Shown: in pieces, positions 40,235 to 50,438 of the stretch
Layout: the number at the start of each line of letters is the position of its first letter
Numbering within the stretch: the first letter of the stretch is position 1
NCBI GenBank assembly: GCA_965197905.1
Contig: CBDAOB010000004.1
Span: forward strand, 480,001 to 544,000
Reading direction: 5' to 3'
Length of the DNA: 64,000 nucleotides
Source of the DNA: Candidatus Latescibacterota bacterium
GTDB taxonomy: Bacteria; Latescibacterota; UBA2968; UBA8231
Program-made: the position numbers and the translations under genes
Notes under the pieces: generated by a model
What the model was told of the DNA's origin: nothing
The model's input: only the letters and a program-made list of their open reading frames with translations
Databases searched by the model: none

Positions 40235-40392
40235 ATCCCGGCGTCACGACCCCAGAATCCTCAACCGCAATTGGAACGTCTGATTGGCTGCGGGCGAGGT
40301 GCGCCTGCCCGTATTGAGCGCCTGACCAAAGAGCGGCGTTCAGGCGCCTGAAATAGATCCGCGCCAACGCTTCGGGGTCGTTTCCCATGGCC
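40235..40392 (+). mobile_element. Second IS91-like 3'-end remnant
   Basis: Matches the reverse complement of 34377-34535 (CAACCGCAATT..TGATTGGCTG..AGCGGCGTTCAGG..GAAATAGATCCGC..CATGGCC). Confidence 0.75.
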
Positions 40393-40401
40393 GTGGACGG
40401 A

Positions 40402-40560
40402 CTCCACGCTCAGCCATCAACGCAGTAGAAGCGTCCATCACACGGCTCGCGTATCCTTGCGTCGATGTTCCCGCCGCGTTCCAACCCCGGCAATACCGCC
40501 AAAACGCACGGTTGCTTCGCCGATGCGCATGGTCTTCTCCACAACCCACAACCGACTTGC
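40402..40560 (-). pseudogene. GNAT acetyltransferase internal fragment
   Basis: MRIGEATVRFGGIAGVGTRREHRR / GYASRVMDASTALMAERG. Confidence 0.6.
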
Positions 40561-40700
40561 ATTACCGTCATCCCCCACCTGGAGCGCCAGCTTCCATACG
40601 GGCCAGAGGCCCTCGCTGGCTCCTCCGACTCTTCTTGTTTAATGTGAATATCTGTAACGAGGCGTTCGAAAGGTAGCTCATTCTCCGGGAGATCAAAAAC

Positions 40701-41750
40701 ATGGCCAAACTCACCGACAAGGAACGAAAGCAGAAAGCCCTGGCCCGCAAGCGCGCCGCCTATCCCGACCAGGTTATCGGCTTCTGGAAGGACGCGATGC
40801 GCGACCGCATCGATGCGACTCGAAAGCTGGCCTCCTTCAAAGTCCGTCGAGGAGATTGTCACAGCCATTCGACCTACAGCGATGGAATCGGAACCGTGCC
40901 AGAGATCGCGAGCTGGGTCGACAGGGCGGGACTGGACTTCTTCTTCTTGACGGACCACCACACCGTTCGGCAGAAGACGGAATGCGTCAAATACAGGAAC
41001 ATGTGGTGGGGTCAGGAGCCGGGGACACAGTATCACCACCTGGGTATCCTCGGTCTGGACAGGAAGTACACGGTGAAACAAGATCTGGTCAAAGACTACC
41101 AGGCGGTCATAGCGCGCGGTGGTTTTCCTTTCATCCCCCACCCCAACGGCTGGTTTCCGCGCCGGCGCTACACCAAGCAGCAGGTTGACTCGTTGAATCT
41201 GCTTGGAGACGACTTTACGATGGAACTGATCAACGGCGCCAACAACATCTTCGACTGCTTTGATATCACCGACAGGTGGTCGGTCGAGCTTTGGGACCGA
41301 TTTCTCTGTCAAGGCAAAGTGGTCCGAGGCATGGGAAACACGGATGCGCACTTGCCGCAAGCCATCGGAGATGTATGGAACGGCGTCTCCGTGGATCGCT
41401 TGACCAAAAAGAACGTGCTGGACGCCTTCTGGGCAGGCCACTTCTTCGCTTCCGACGCGCCGTTCATCAATTTGAGGTGTGGCCGAAGTCAAATGGGCGA
41501 CACGGTCAGGAAGCGGAAGGGCAGCAGCGTCGAAGTGCGTTTCGAGTGCGTCGACAGCATGGGACTGCAGCACGTACGAATCGTCGCCGATGGCAAGGTG
41601 GTCAAGGAGATCTGGCCCAAGGACGAGCAGGTTGTCAAGGGAACACACAGATTGAGATTCAGGAGCGGAACATCCTACATCCGCGTCGAGTGCTTCGCCA
41701 GGGATAACCGGAAAGCCTTCGCGAATCCGAGCTACATCCGGGAGGCCTAG
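40701..41750 (+). CDS. PHP-domain (CehA/McbA family) metallohydrolase
   Basis: GDCHSHSTYSDG, TDHH, PHP and NTDAH motifs. Confidence 0.88.
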   Translation: MAKLTDKERKQKALARKRAAYPDQVIGFWKDAMRDRIDATRKLASFKVRRGDCHSHSTYSDGIGTVPEIASWVDRAGLDFFFLTDHHTVRQKTECVKYRNMWWGQEPGTQYHHLGILGLDRKYTVKQDLVKDYQAVIARGGFPFIPHPNGWFPRRRYTKQQVDSLNLLGDDFTMELINGANNIFDCFDITDRWSVELWDRFLCQGKVVRGMGNTDAHLPQAIGDVWNGVSVDRLTKKNVLDAFWAGHFFASDAPFINLRCGRSQMGDTVRKRKGSSVEVRFECVDSMGLQHVRIVADGKVVKEIWPKDEQVVKGTHRLRFRSGTSYIRVECFARDNRKAFANPSYIREA

Positions 41751-41753
41751 CCT

Positions 41754-41976
41754 CTAGGCTCGTCGCGCCAGCTTATTAGCGAAAACCGCGATCAGCCCCC
41801 CCAGCATGATATAGCCGAGGATCACCTCCAGGCTCGTCCAGAACAGGGCGGCGGCGTTTTGCAGCTGCACGGCGCAATAAAAACCCGAAGTCGTAAAGGT
41901 AGCCAGGCTAAAATAGAGCGGCGTCCAGAACCCGTGGTGGTACTGCTGAGGATCCAGGTAGATTTGCGGCATGGCC
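41754..41976 (-). pseudogene. Ion-channel (Ion_trans_2-like) C-terminal fragment
   Basis: PLYFSLATFTTSGF..EVILGYIMLGGLIAVFANKLARRA. Confidence 0.65.
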
Positions 41977-41979
41977 CAG

Positions 41980-43035
41980 CTAAGCAATTTCGGAAGGGGG
42001 GGCCTTGTGCTGGTTCTCGGGCTGCAGGACGTCTTCCTCGCCCTCGGCGAGGTGCCGGTACAGAAGCTTCAGCTCGGGGGAAAACCTTGAGTACACCTCC
42101 CGCGGCACGTACGTCCTGAGCGTGTTGCCGCCCGAGTGTAGGTTGCCGAACTCGCTACCCGACAGCCACCACGGCGCGTAACGGCACACAACCGTCGTGC
42201 GCTCGTGCTCGCTCTGGTTGGCAGCACCCCCGTGCCAGAGCCGCGTGTCCTGCATAAAGACCGAGCCCGCGGGCGCCGAGATTTGGAACTCGCCCGGGAT
42301 CGGCGCTCGTTCGTCGATCCCGTCATCGGGGCCGCGCGGGTTGCGCGGGTCTATGTGCGACCCCGGAACAACCCACGTGCCGCCGTTATACGGGGTCACA
42401 TCCTCCGGACCGAGGTACCAGATCGTGGACAGCGCCATGCAGACATCGGGGAATGGCTGGGCGACCGCGCCGGAGTGATACCACGGCTCCTCGCTGCTCC
42501 CCCCGTACGCAGTCAGATCATGCGGCCAGTCGGAATGCCAGCGGCGAAGCAGCAGTTGCTCCTCGGATATCGCCTCCCCCTTCGGCTTCGACGACTTGGT
42601 GACCTCCGTCTGCGCAATGCAGACGTGCGTATCGAGCATCGCCTTAGCCACCCGGAGCACGCGCGGCTCCACGAGGTACTCGGCGAAGGTCTCGTTCCGC
42701 GCGATGTCGCAGAGCTCGGCGTTGGGCGCCATCGGCGGCCGCACAGGGCCGCTGCCAGGCTGGAAGTCGGGATTTCTGCGGCGTTCCAGCTCTATGCGTT
42801 TGCTCTGCTCCGCCTCCCGGTCCTGCTGCAACAGCCGGCGCCCCCGGTACACGCTCTCGCGCACCGTGCTGACTTCTCCCTCAGGGATCACCCTCTCGAC
42901 GACGCAGAAACCCTGGACTCGCAGCGATTGCAGGTACCCCTCGATCTCCGCGTCACCACCTTTGGGAATACCCGTACCGATGGAGTAGGGGAGTCGCAGC
43001 CGATCATCAAGATTTAAGAGTTTTGACAAAATCAA
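41980..43035 (-). CDS. PhyH family dioxygenase
   Basis: QGFCVVERVI, WHSD, GGTWVVPGSH and DTRLWHG motifs. Confidence 0.88.
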   Translation of the reverse strand: MILSKLLNLDDRLRLPYSIGTGIPKGGDAEIEGYLQSLRVQGFCVVERVIPEGEVSTVRESVYRGRRLLQQDREAEQSKRIELERRRNPDFQPGSGPVRPPMAPNAELCDIARNETFAEYLVEPRVLRVAKAMLDTHVCIAQTEVTKSSKPKGEAISEEQLLLRRWHSDWPHDLTAYGGSSEEPWYHSGAVAQPFPDVCMALSTIWYLGPEDVTPYNGGTWVVPGSHIDPRNPRGPDDGIDERAPIPGEFQISAPAGSVFMQDTRLWHGGAANQSEHERTTVVCRYAPWWLSGSEFGNLHSGGNTLRTYVPREVYSRFSPELKLLYRHLAEGEEDVLQPENQHKAPPSEIA

Positions 43036-43138
43036 TTCAGCTAGTTTATGGTTTAAAAAAAATGTCTCAATCTTTACTAAAAATTACGATAACAACGTAA
43101 ACCCTCCTTGTCGCTGCCTTTCTTTCGCTCCAGAGATC

Positions 43139-44297
43139 CTACACCCCGTCCTGCGTTGGCCAGGAGAGCGGCAGCGGACACCAGGCTTGCAGCACCGCTG
43201 CCTCTTGGGGAAGCGCGGTGACCGCACACGGAGGCAAGGGCCCGAAGAACACCCGCATGGCCGTGAACGGATGCCATGCCCGAGTTGATGCATAGCCAAC
43301 TCTCTCCACCCGTGGTTCGCCTCCCACCACTTGAACCCTCAACGTGCCGTGCTCCTCGATCCCGATAAACGCCTCGCCATCGACGAGCTCACCACCGGTG
43401 GCGCTCACCTTCAAGAGCGCCTCCACTGTCGCCACCCAGTCGAAGATTTGCCAGTTGTCGGCCTGGTGCACACTTTGACTTTCTCCCAGTGCCGCAATGC
43501 GACGAACCAGATCGTAGTTCACCGCCGACAACTCAAAATTTGTGCTACGGGGTTCGGCGTCAGCCTCCACCCAGCCGCGAGCGATGTCAACGGCTGTGTC
43601 TGTGTCTGCAGCGACGAGTTCGCTGACCCTAGAACCGTCGCTCGTGGCCACCAGATACCCCACCATGGCGCCGTGTTCGTCGAGGGCGGCAAAGGGTTTG
43701 TGATACCAGCTGACGAGAAAGCGGCCGAAATGCGCTGGGTCGCGTAGATGATGGACGAGCTGCGCGTCGTGCAGTCGCTGCGCCACCGCGATACGGTCCA
43801 CATCATCAACGGCAATGGCCTCGAAGCACAGGCTGGACGGCGTGTCGAAAACATGTCGGATGTTCCGCTTCCCCTATCGGTACCAAAAACCTCTGGCCGC
43901 ACGTTTCATACCCGGAGTAGCCGTAGCGCTGTCGCTGACCACTTAGGTACGACAGATGGAAGTCTTGCGCCTTCATATGCTGCACGCAGTGGTTCATGAG
44001 CAGCGACATGTACCCCTTATCCCGATGTGCCGAATGCGTCGACACACCACCGATTCCTCCGACCTTGAGCACGGTCTCGCCTACTTGCCAGTCCATCGGG
44101 AAGAGACCGACGATGGCGCGAATCTCTCCGTTCTCACGCACTGCGTGGTTGCACGCCATCAACTCGTCCGTGGGTTGATAGATTGATGGCAGCATGGCGT
44201 GGAAGTCGTAAGGCCTTTCCTCACCAAAGACAGCGTTGAGAAAAGCCATGCCCTCGTCGAAATCGGCGGCTGTTAGCTGGACCACCTCGTTACTCAT
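43139..44297 (-). pseudogene. Eis-like GNAT acetyltransferase with a +1 frameshift at the C4 run 43871-43874
   Basis: GGIGGVSTHSAHRDKGYMS and GQRQRYGYSGYE; removing one G joins the two ORFs. Confidence 0.75.
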
Positions 44298-44300
44298 CTG

Positions 44301-45674
44301 TCAGCGCGGCCAGGCAGTATGGTGGTCGTCGATTACGTAGGTGTGCGAGTGATCGAGTCGGTGGTGGCGATGGGGATGGGAGTGGGGCTGGTCGTCCGGC
44401 CAATCCTCGTGCCCATGGCCGTGGTGCTCGTCGTGCACATGCTCGTGTTCATGCTCGATCTCTTCGTGGACATGGTCCAGGATCACGTCGTCCCGTTTCG
44501 GCCACAAAAACGCGGCGGCCGCGGTAAACACGACAACGCCGGCAGCCAGCACCCATGCCGTCGCCTCGATGCCGATCCGGGTACCCAGCTGGCCCGCCAA
44601 CGGGTAGAAGAGGAGCCAGCAGGCGTGGGACAACGCAAACTGGGCGGAGAAGTAGGCCTGCCGATCGCCCGGGAGCGCGGAACGATTGACCAGCCGCCCC
44701 GCCGGTGTCTGCACCGCCGACCATCCGGCACCAACCAGAAACCACGCCGGCAGCAGCGCCGCAAATCCGGGTCCGGTGCCGGCCGCGCCCAAACCTGCGG
44801 CCATCAGCAGGGCGCCCCACAACATGACCGGCCGGTCGCGGACGTGGTCGAGCAGCCGTGGAAGGACCAAGGCCACCAGCATCGAGCCGCTGCCCGCGGC
44901 AGCCATTGCCAGGGCGACCTCCGAGGCGGTGCCGCCAAGGGTTTGGCGCACGTACACCACCGTATTGACGATGACCATGGCACTGGCGCTGGATACCCCC
45001 AGGTAGAGCACCAGCAGCCCCCGCAGCCGCGGTGTCTTCAGATATGAGATAACGCCGAAGCTGATCTGCCGGATCAAACTACCCAGCCGCTCCGTCGGTC
45101 GCGGTGCCGGCAAACGCGTCATGACAATCAACAATGCCGACAGGCCGAAGGCGACGGCATTAGCCGCGAACAATCCGGAAGAGGTGACGACCAGCAGGGC
45201 CAGACCGGCGAACAACGGGCTGACCAGGTTCTCGAGGTCGTACGCCAGCCGTGACATGGACAGCGCGCGGGTGTACTGGCGCTCGTCGGGAAGGATGTCC
45301 GGTATGGTGGCGGCGAAGACCGGCTTGAAGCCGGCGGAGAGCAGGTTGAGCAGGAAGATAAGCCCGTAGACCTGCCACACCTGGGTCGCCAGCGGGAAGG
45401 CGAGCACAACTATTACCCTCACCAGGTCCATGGCGATGAGAAAGGGACGCCGCCGCAATCGATGCGCCAACCCGCCGACAATCGGCGCGAAGACAACGTA
45501 GGCAACCATCTTGAATGCGAGCGCCGTGCCCAGCACGGCGGCTGCGTGCCCTCCTGCGAGATCGTACGCCAGGAGGGTCAGAGCGACCGTGCTCAAGCCG
45601 GTGCCGACCAGGGCGATCACCTGCGCCGAGAACAACCGGCGGAAGCTCGGATTGGCCAGGGGGTTGGCGTGCAT
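44301..45674 (-). CDS. nreB: NreB-like MFS transporter with a His-rich tail (Ni/Co resistance)
   Basis: AQVIALVGTGL, SRLAYDLE and AQFALSHACWL motifs; C-terminal HxH repeats. Confidence 0.8.
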   Translation of the reverse strand: MHANPLANPSFRRLFSAQVIALVGTGLSTVALTLLAYDLAGGHAAAVLGTALAFKMVAYVVFAPIVGGLAHRLRRRPFLIAMDLVRVIVVLAFPLATQVWQVYGLIFLLNLLSAGFKPVFAATIPDILPDERQYTRALSMSRLAYDLENLVSPLFAGLALLVVTSSGLFAANAVAFGLSALLIVMTRLPAPRPTERLGSLIRQISFGVISYLKTPRLRGLLVLYLGVSSASAMVIVNTVVYVRQTLGGTASEVALAMAAAGSGSMLVALVLPRLLDHVRDRPVMLWGALLMAAGLGAAGTGPGFAALLPAWFLVGAGWSAVQTPAGRLVNRSALPGDRQAYFSAQFALSHACWLLFYPLAGQLGTRIGIEATAWVLAAGVVVFTAAAAFLWPKRDDVILDHVHEEIEHEHEHVHDEHHGHGHEDWPDDQPHSHPHRHHRLDHSHTYVIDDHHTAWPR

Positions 45675-45873
45675 TCGAGACGTCAGCCTATGGGACTCAT
45701 CAGTTTACCAGCAGATTGACTTGATTGTGGAACTTGCGAACAACCTGCAGGATGGCGGCATCGTCCGGTGGAAACGAGAACCGCATCGACGTCGGGAACG
45801 TCGAGCAATTCCTGGGTCCGGCGGCTACGGAACCCCGTTGGCCGGAGCCACTTCCCGCGCGGCACAGAGCTGA

Positions 45874-47841
45874 TCAATCTGGTGGCACCGCCCGCTGACG
45901 CCACGCTTGGATGGTTTCATCCCGGAATGGAGCGCGGAAGCCGCTCTTGACGGCGTGAACCTTGTTCTTCTTGGCGGTCTGCTCGAATTCGTCGATGAGT
46001 TTCACGTAGCCTGCCGTATCGCCGGCCGGTCCTTCTTCAAGCAGAAGATAAAGGATCGGCAGCTTGGCCAGCGCAATCCGGTCCTGAAGCTCGGCATCGT
46101 CGCCGGCCAGCGCTTCGGCGCCCGCGAATATTTGCCTCGCCTGTTCGACAAACTCCGGGGTGAGATAGGCCGCCTTGGCGCCGGGACCGTGTTCTTTGTG
46201 CAGCTTCCGGAGGTTCTCGGGATCGGCGTGCAGCCGCTCCCAGATCTCCCAGAGCATGTCGCAATACTCCTGCATCGGTTCGGCGGCTGTACCGTAGAAG
46301 CCATAGTTGAAGTCGCGGATCAGCTGCCGGGTGGACCGGGCCGGGTCCCACAACTGCTTGGTCCAGACCCAGCTTCGCATCAGACTGCGGTCCACGCCGT
46401 TGGTGGGATGGTGCTGCGCCTGCAGGAACACACCCGTTACGCCGTGCTCGATGTAGTAGCGCAGGTTGGGAGCTACCACCGGCATGTTCGGCAGCGGCAC
46501 GATGTAGTTGTGGAAGTCGATCGTATAGTCCCAGATAATCACGCGCGCCCCGGTCTTCGACCAGGCTTTCAGCGCCGTGGAAAACTTCTCGGTTTCCCAG
46601 ACATGCAACAACAGATATTCCCAGTTATGGTCGTCGGTGGCCAGCCAGATCAGCACATTGTCGCGTGGCCGCAGGTTCTTCGGCGGCGTCTTCGTGTCCA
46701 GATAAGCGAGGGTCGTGACCCGCAGCTCGGGATACTCTTGCGCCACGGCATCCGCCACCGCGTTCACCAGATCAAGCAGGGGTCCCATGTTGGAACCCTC
46801 GGCATCGCTGATCGCCTTGCAGGCCCCACAGGCGCAGGTCCCCCCACCGTCATTCGGGGAGATGTCCACGATCTTGCTGTCCGGTTTTTTCTCGAGGCGC
46901 TCGAGCGTGGTCTCGATGAGAATCCGCCGGACCTCCGGATTGGTCAGGCACAGCTGGTGCGGGTTCCGTTGGCCATCCTTCATCATGAAATATTCCGGAT
47001 GCTGCTCGAACTCGGAGCGCCGGATAAACTCATTGAAAGAATGAACGAAGCGCGCCAGAGGTTTGGGGTGGCCTCCCCATTCCATCGGCACCGCCACGCC
47101 TATGGCAAAGGTGCGATTGCGCAGCGACCAATCCAGGTCCTGCACCTCGGTGTAGTACGGGTCCCTTCGGTCGACCAGGGCCGGAACGTAGGTTCGGGAT
47201 ACAGGACGAAACTGCAGCGTCGGTTTGCTCGGAATCGAAGTGGCACCTGGCGTGTACCAGCGGCAGCCCAGGTCCTCCTCCAGCAAGGCGTAGACCGCGT
47301 TGACAATGCCGCGACCGCGACCACCTAGAAGGTAGAGGCCGCCCTCGCGCTGGGCGACTCGGTATGCGTCCTGCTGATGAATCAGCTCCCCGAGCCCTAC
47401 CTTCGCCCGGGACGCCAGTCGGGTCTGCCCTATGCTGATGAACCTTTCCGGGCGGGCGCCCACTTCTACCCCACTGCCCGCGCCCGGGACCACGTACCCA
47501 CCCTCGTCTGCCGGGTCCTCCTGGATTGTCTGGAACGATGCCCCGGTCATTTCGTGTAGCCAATATGCCAGATCCTGCACCGCCTTTACGTCCTGCGTCG
47601 TCGGCTCGGCTCCGTAGACGATGTAGGTTTCGGTATGCCCGTTCTCTGCCAACGTGATCGGCCGGCCGGGCTTGCCTGGCGGTGTCAAGGCGTTGGCCCA
47701 GGACGGATGGCGCGGTACATCGACAGTTTCAGATGATCCTGGATTCTTCATCGCAACCTTCCTCTCTGACCGCGCGCCCACGGGCAGCAAGGCAACCAGA
47801 GGGAATACCACTGCAATCTGTAGGATTCTTTTTTTCATCAT
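45874..47841 (-). CDS. DUF4838-like exported putative glycan-modifying hydrolase
   Basis: Signal peptide; NAVYALLEEDLGCRWYTP, HPEYF, QLCLTNPEV, SPNDG and TLAY motifs. Confidence 0.8.
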   Translation of the reverse strand: MMKKRILQIAVVFPLVALLPVGARSERKVAMKNPGSSETVDVPRHPSWANALTPPGKPGRPITLAENGHTETYIVYGAEPTTQDVKAVQDLAYWLHEMTGASFQTIQEDPADEGGYVVPGAGSGVEVGARPERFISIGQTRLASRAKVGLGELIHQQDAYRVAQREGGLYLLGGRGRGIVNAVYALLEEDLGCRWYTPGATSIPSKPTLQFRPVSRTYVPALVDRRDPYYTEVQDLDWSLRNRTFAIGVAVPMEWGGHPKPLARFVHSFNEFIRRSEFEQHPEYFMMKDGQRNPHQLCLTNPEVRRILIETTLERLEKKPDSKIVDISPNDGGGTCACGACKAISDAEGSNMGPLLDLVNAVADAVAQEYPELRVTTLAYLDTKTPPKNLRPRDNVLIWLATDDHNWEYLLLHVWETEKFSTALKAWSKTGARVIIWDYTIDFHNYIVPLPNMPVVAPNLRYYIEHGVTGVFLQAQHHPTNGVDRSLMRSWVWTKQLWDPARSTRQLIRDFNYGFYGTAAEPMQEYCDMLWEIWERLHADPENLRKLHKEHGPGAKAAYLTPEFVEQARQIFAGAEALAGDDAELQDRIALAKLPILYLLLEEGPAGDTAGYVKLIDEFEQTAKKNKVHAVKSGFRAPFRDETIQAWRQRAVPPD

Positions 47842-48052
47842 CTGTCGCTCGGTCGTCTCGGGATCTGCTGCGCGCAAGCGAATAAAGGGAGCAATGGGTA
47901 AGCGGGTCAAGAAGATCAATCAGCGGGGAGCCCGGCGCTTGGTACCCGAAATCCGATCTGCCTTTACCAACAAGAAGAACTGGCGCTCTTCTAACACAAT
48001 CTTGTATTTCTCTAAAGAACGACATTCGAGAGGGTAAAAAGAGAGGGTAATA

Positions 48053-49654
48053 ATGACCAAGATAAAAGACGTGAACACCACCGACATCCGCGACGCCATC
48101 CGGCTCGGGTGTCACACCATGTGCAACTCATTTAACGCCGACGATGCCGATATCCCTTACGGCGCTGCCCAGGCTCGACCCCAGGCCGAGGCTCTGTTTA
48201 GACCGGGCCATGAGGCTCATCACCCGGGACGTCACCTGAACGCCCTGCTCAACGCTGAGGATGCGGCCGGCATCGAGATCGACGAGGATTGCATCGAGAA
48301 GCACACAAGGGCGGCTTTCTTCTCCTACTCTCAAGTTGCTTTACCACTTGAGCGAATCGGCAGGTACACAGGGGGGAAGGGTATCCCCATCGAGCTCGGG
48401 GACCACAGTATCCGTGAGGGCTTTCATGCCCTATACGCTTTGACCAAATATCGTGGGTCCAACCGAGCCCGGGAGCTCGCCGAGGCCAGCATTCAAATCA
48501 TATTCGACTACTGGGTCCCCAACGAGCATTGGGACTACGAGCGGATCGAAAAAGAGCTGCCGGTGAAGATCGAGCGCATTGACGAGACACATAAATTCAT
48601 CCAGCGTCTGGCCCGAGCCATCGGCCCCCTGGTCAAGCTCTACCGGGTTACGGGCCACGAGCCGGCCCTCCAGCTCGCCGAGGTTTTGAAGGAAAAGGCG
48701 GTCCGCGATTGCTATCGAGAGGACGGCGCCTTTTCCACGGCACGCTTCGGCAACCACGCCCACTCCACCACATCCGTGATGTCATCGTTGGCCCAGTTGG
48801 CGGATCTTACCCGCGACGCTGGTCTGATTGCTCGCGTGAAGGCTTTCTACGACAACGGGCTGTGGGAAATGCGTGACCAGATAGGCTGGAGTATCGAAGT
48901 AACAAGCCTGTGGGACAACTACCCGGACAGGGGCGAAGGCAACAACACGGGCGACATCGTGGAGACTGCATTGATTTTAAGCCGCTGGGGACATCCCGGT
49001 TACTACGCCGACGCCGAGCGCATGCTGCGTAGCCATCTGCTCCCCTCTCAGCTCAGGGACGTCTCCTTCATCGTCGAAGCGGATAACCCGGATGGAGTGG
49101 ACGCCGCGACGAATTTTGCCCAGAGAATTCGCGGCGCCTGGGGGTTTCCGGCTCAGTACGGCCACGAGCCAGCCGGCATTTGGGAGACCGACAACGCTCG
49201 CATCGGCTTTCACCAGGACATCGTGGGTGGAGTGGTCGGTTCCCTGTGCGAGGCCTACCGGGAGGTCACACGTTTCGATGAGGCGGGGCACTGGGTGAAC
49301 CTGCTATTCGATCACGAGACGACGGATATCCAGGTCCGGTCGCCCTACACCCATCCCAGGTTGGAGGTGAAGGTCAAGCGGCCCGGTGCGCTCCACGTGC
49401 GAATCCCGCCTTGGGTGGAGCGTAGTGGGATTAACGTGGCTGGAGCGGCGGGAACTCCTCACTTCAGCGACGACTATATGGTCTGTGCGGAGCCGGAGGT
49501 CGACCAATGGATTGCCTTCGAATTTGATTTGCCGGAATACGAGATGACGCTGACCTTCCGAGACACCGAGACCCGCGCGCGCTTCCGTGGCGACGAGGTT
49601 GTAGCTATGGACAATTTCGGCACTGACCTCACCTTCTTCGACCCCTTCGAGTAG
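48053..49654 (+). CDS. GH127/DUF1680-like (alpha/alpha)6 protein, paralog 1
   Basis: HAHS, EGNNTGD, YADAERMLRSHLLPSQL, WVNLL and LHVRIPPW motifs. Confidence 0.6.
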   Translation: MTKIKDVNTTDIRDAIRLGCHTMCNSFNADDADIPYGAAQARPQAEALFRPGHEAHHPGRHLNALLNAEDAAGIEIDEDCIEKHTRAAFFSYSQVALPLERIGRYTGGKGIPIELGDHSIREGFHALYALTKYRGSNRARELAEASIQIIFDYWVPNEHWDYERIEKELPVKIERIDETHKFIQRLARAIGPLVKLYRVTGHEPALQLAEVLKEKAVRDCYREDGAFSTARFGNHAHSTTSVMSSLAQLADLTRDAGLIARVKAFYDNGLWEMRDQIGWSIEVTSLWDNYPDRGEGNNTGDIVETALILSRWGHPGYYADAERMLRSHLLPSQLRDVSFIVEADNPDGVDAATNFAQRIRGAWGFPAQYGHEPAGIWETDNARIGFHQDIVGGVVGSLCEAYREVTRFDEAGHWVNLLFDHETTDIQVRSPYTHPRLEVKVKRPGALHVRIPPWVERSGINVAGAAGTPHFSDDYMVCAEPEVDQWIAFEFDLPEYEMTLTFRDTETRARFRGDEVVAMDNFGTDLTFFDPFE

Positions 49655-49666
49655 GAAGGGCAGATT

Positions 49667-50425
49667 GTGGGCGACGGGGTCTTCAGTTTCGCGTTCATCA
49701 CCGATCCTCAAATCGGAATGGACAGGGCCTCGGGCTTGCATGAACCCGGGTCTGACAAAAAGCGTCTGGATCGCGCCATCACCTACGTAAACGAGAGTGG
49801 GGTCGACTTTGTTGTGTTCGGCGGCGATCAAATAGAGAACCCGAACGACGAGTACACAGATTTACAACTGGATGACCTGCAGCAGTCGCTGTCCGGCTTG
49901 ACCGTCCCGTACTACGGCGTTGTCGGAAATCATGAGCAGGGGGATCCGGCGCAGCGTTGGAAATACGTTGAGCGCGGACTCCCGGTCCGCTTCTCGCTCT
50001 CCCATAAAAACGCCTTCCTGGTTGGTATCAATGCCTGGTGGCTTAGGGGGGAGTTCGGCGATGAGTACGCCGAGAAGGAGCGGGATTATTTGGCGAGCCA
50101 GTTGTCTCAGGTATCATCGGACTGCAGGCACCGTTTCGTCGTCATGCACTGGCCTCTGTTCAATATTCATCCGCAGGAAGAGGACACCTACTGGAATATG
50201 TCCAACAGAAACAGCCTTATCGATCTATTCAGGAGGCATGAGGTTTCGTGTGTTCTCAGCGGTCACTGGCACCAAGACATCGATGCACGCTGGCATGGCA
50301 TCAGCCTGGTTACGAGCGTGGGAACCGCCGGAGCTCTTCAGTATCCCGAAGAGCTCTCTTTCAAGGTCGTAACCGTGTTTGACGACGGGTGGTCGGTCCG
50401 CCGGGTATCGGTCGGACGTAGCTGA
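49667..50425 (+). CDS. Calcineurin-like metallophosphoesterase (CPPED1-like)
   Basis: DPQIG, GGD, GNHE, MHWP and GHWH motifs. Confidence 0.88.
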   Translation: MGDGVFSFAFITDPQIGMDRASGLHEPGSDKKRLDRAITYVNESGVDFVVFGGDQIENPNDEYTDLQLDDLQQSLSGLTVPYYGVVGNHEQGDPAQRWKYVERGLPVRFSLSHKNAFLVGINAWWLRGEFGDEYAEKERDYLASQLSQVSSDCRHRFVVMHWPLFNIHPQEEDTYWNMSNRNSLIDLFRRHEVSCVLSGHWHQDIDARWHGISLVTSVGTAGALQYPEELSFKVVTVFDDGWSVRRVSVGRS

Positions 50426-50438
50426 CTTGAGGCGAGCC

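Noticed and set aside
40410..47328. Long opposite-strand ORFs (40410-41648 and 45907-47328; likewise 32875-33792, 52224-53183 and 56033-57019)
   Set aside because: Each is antisense to a well-supported gene
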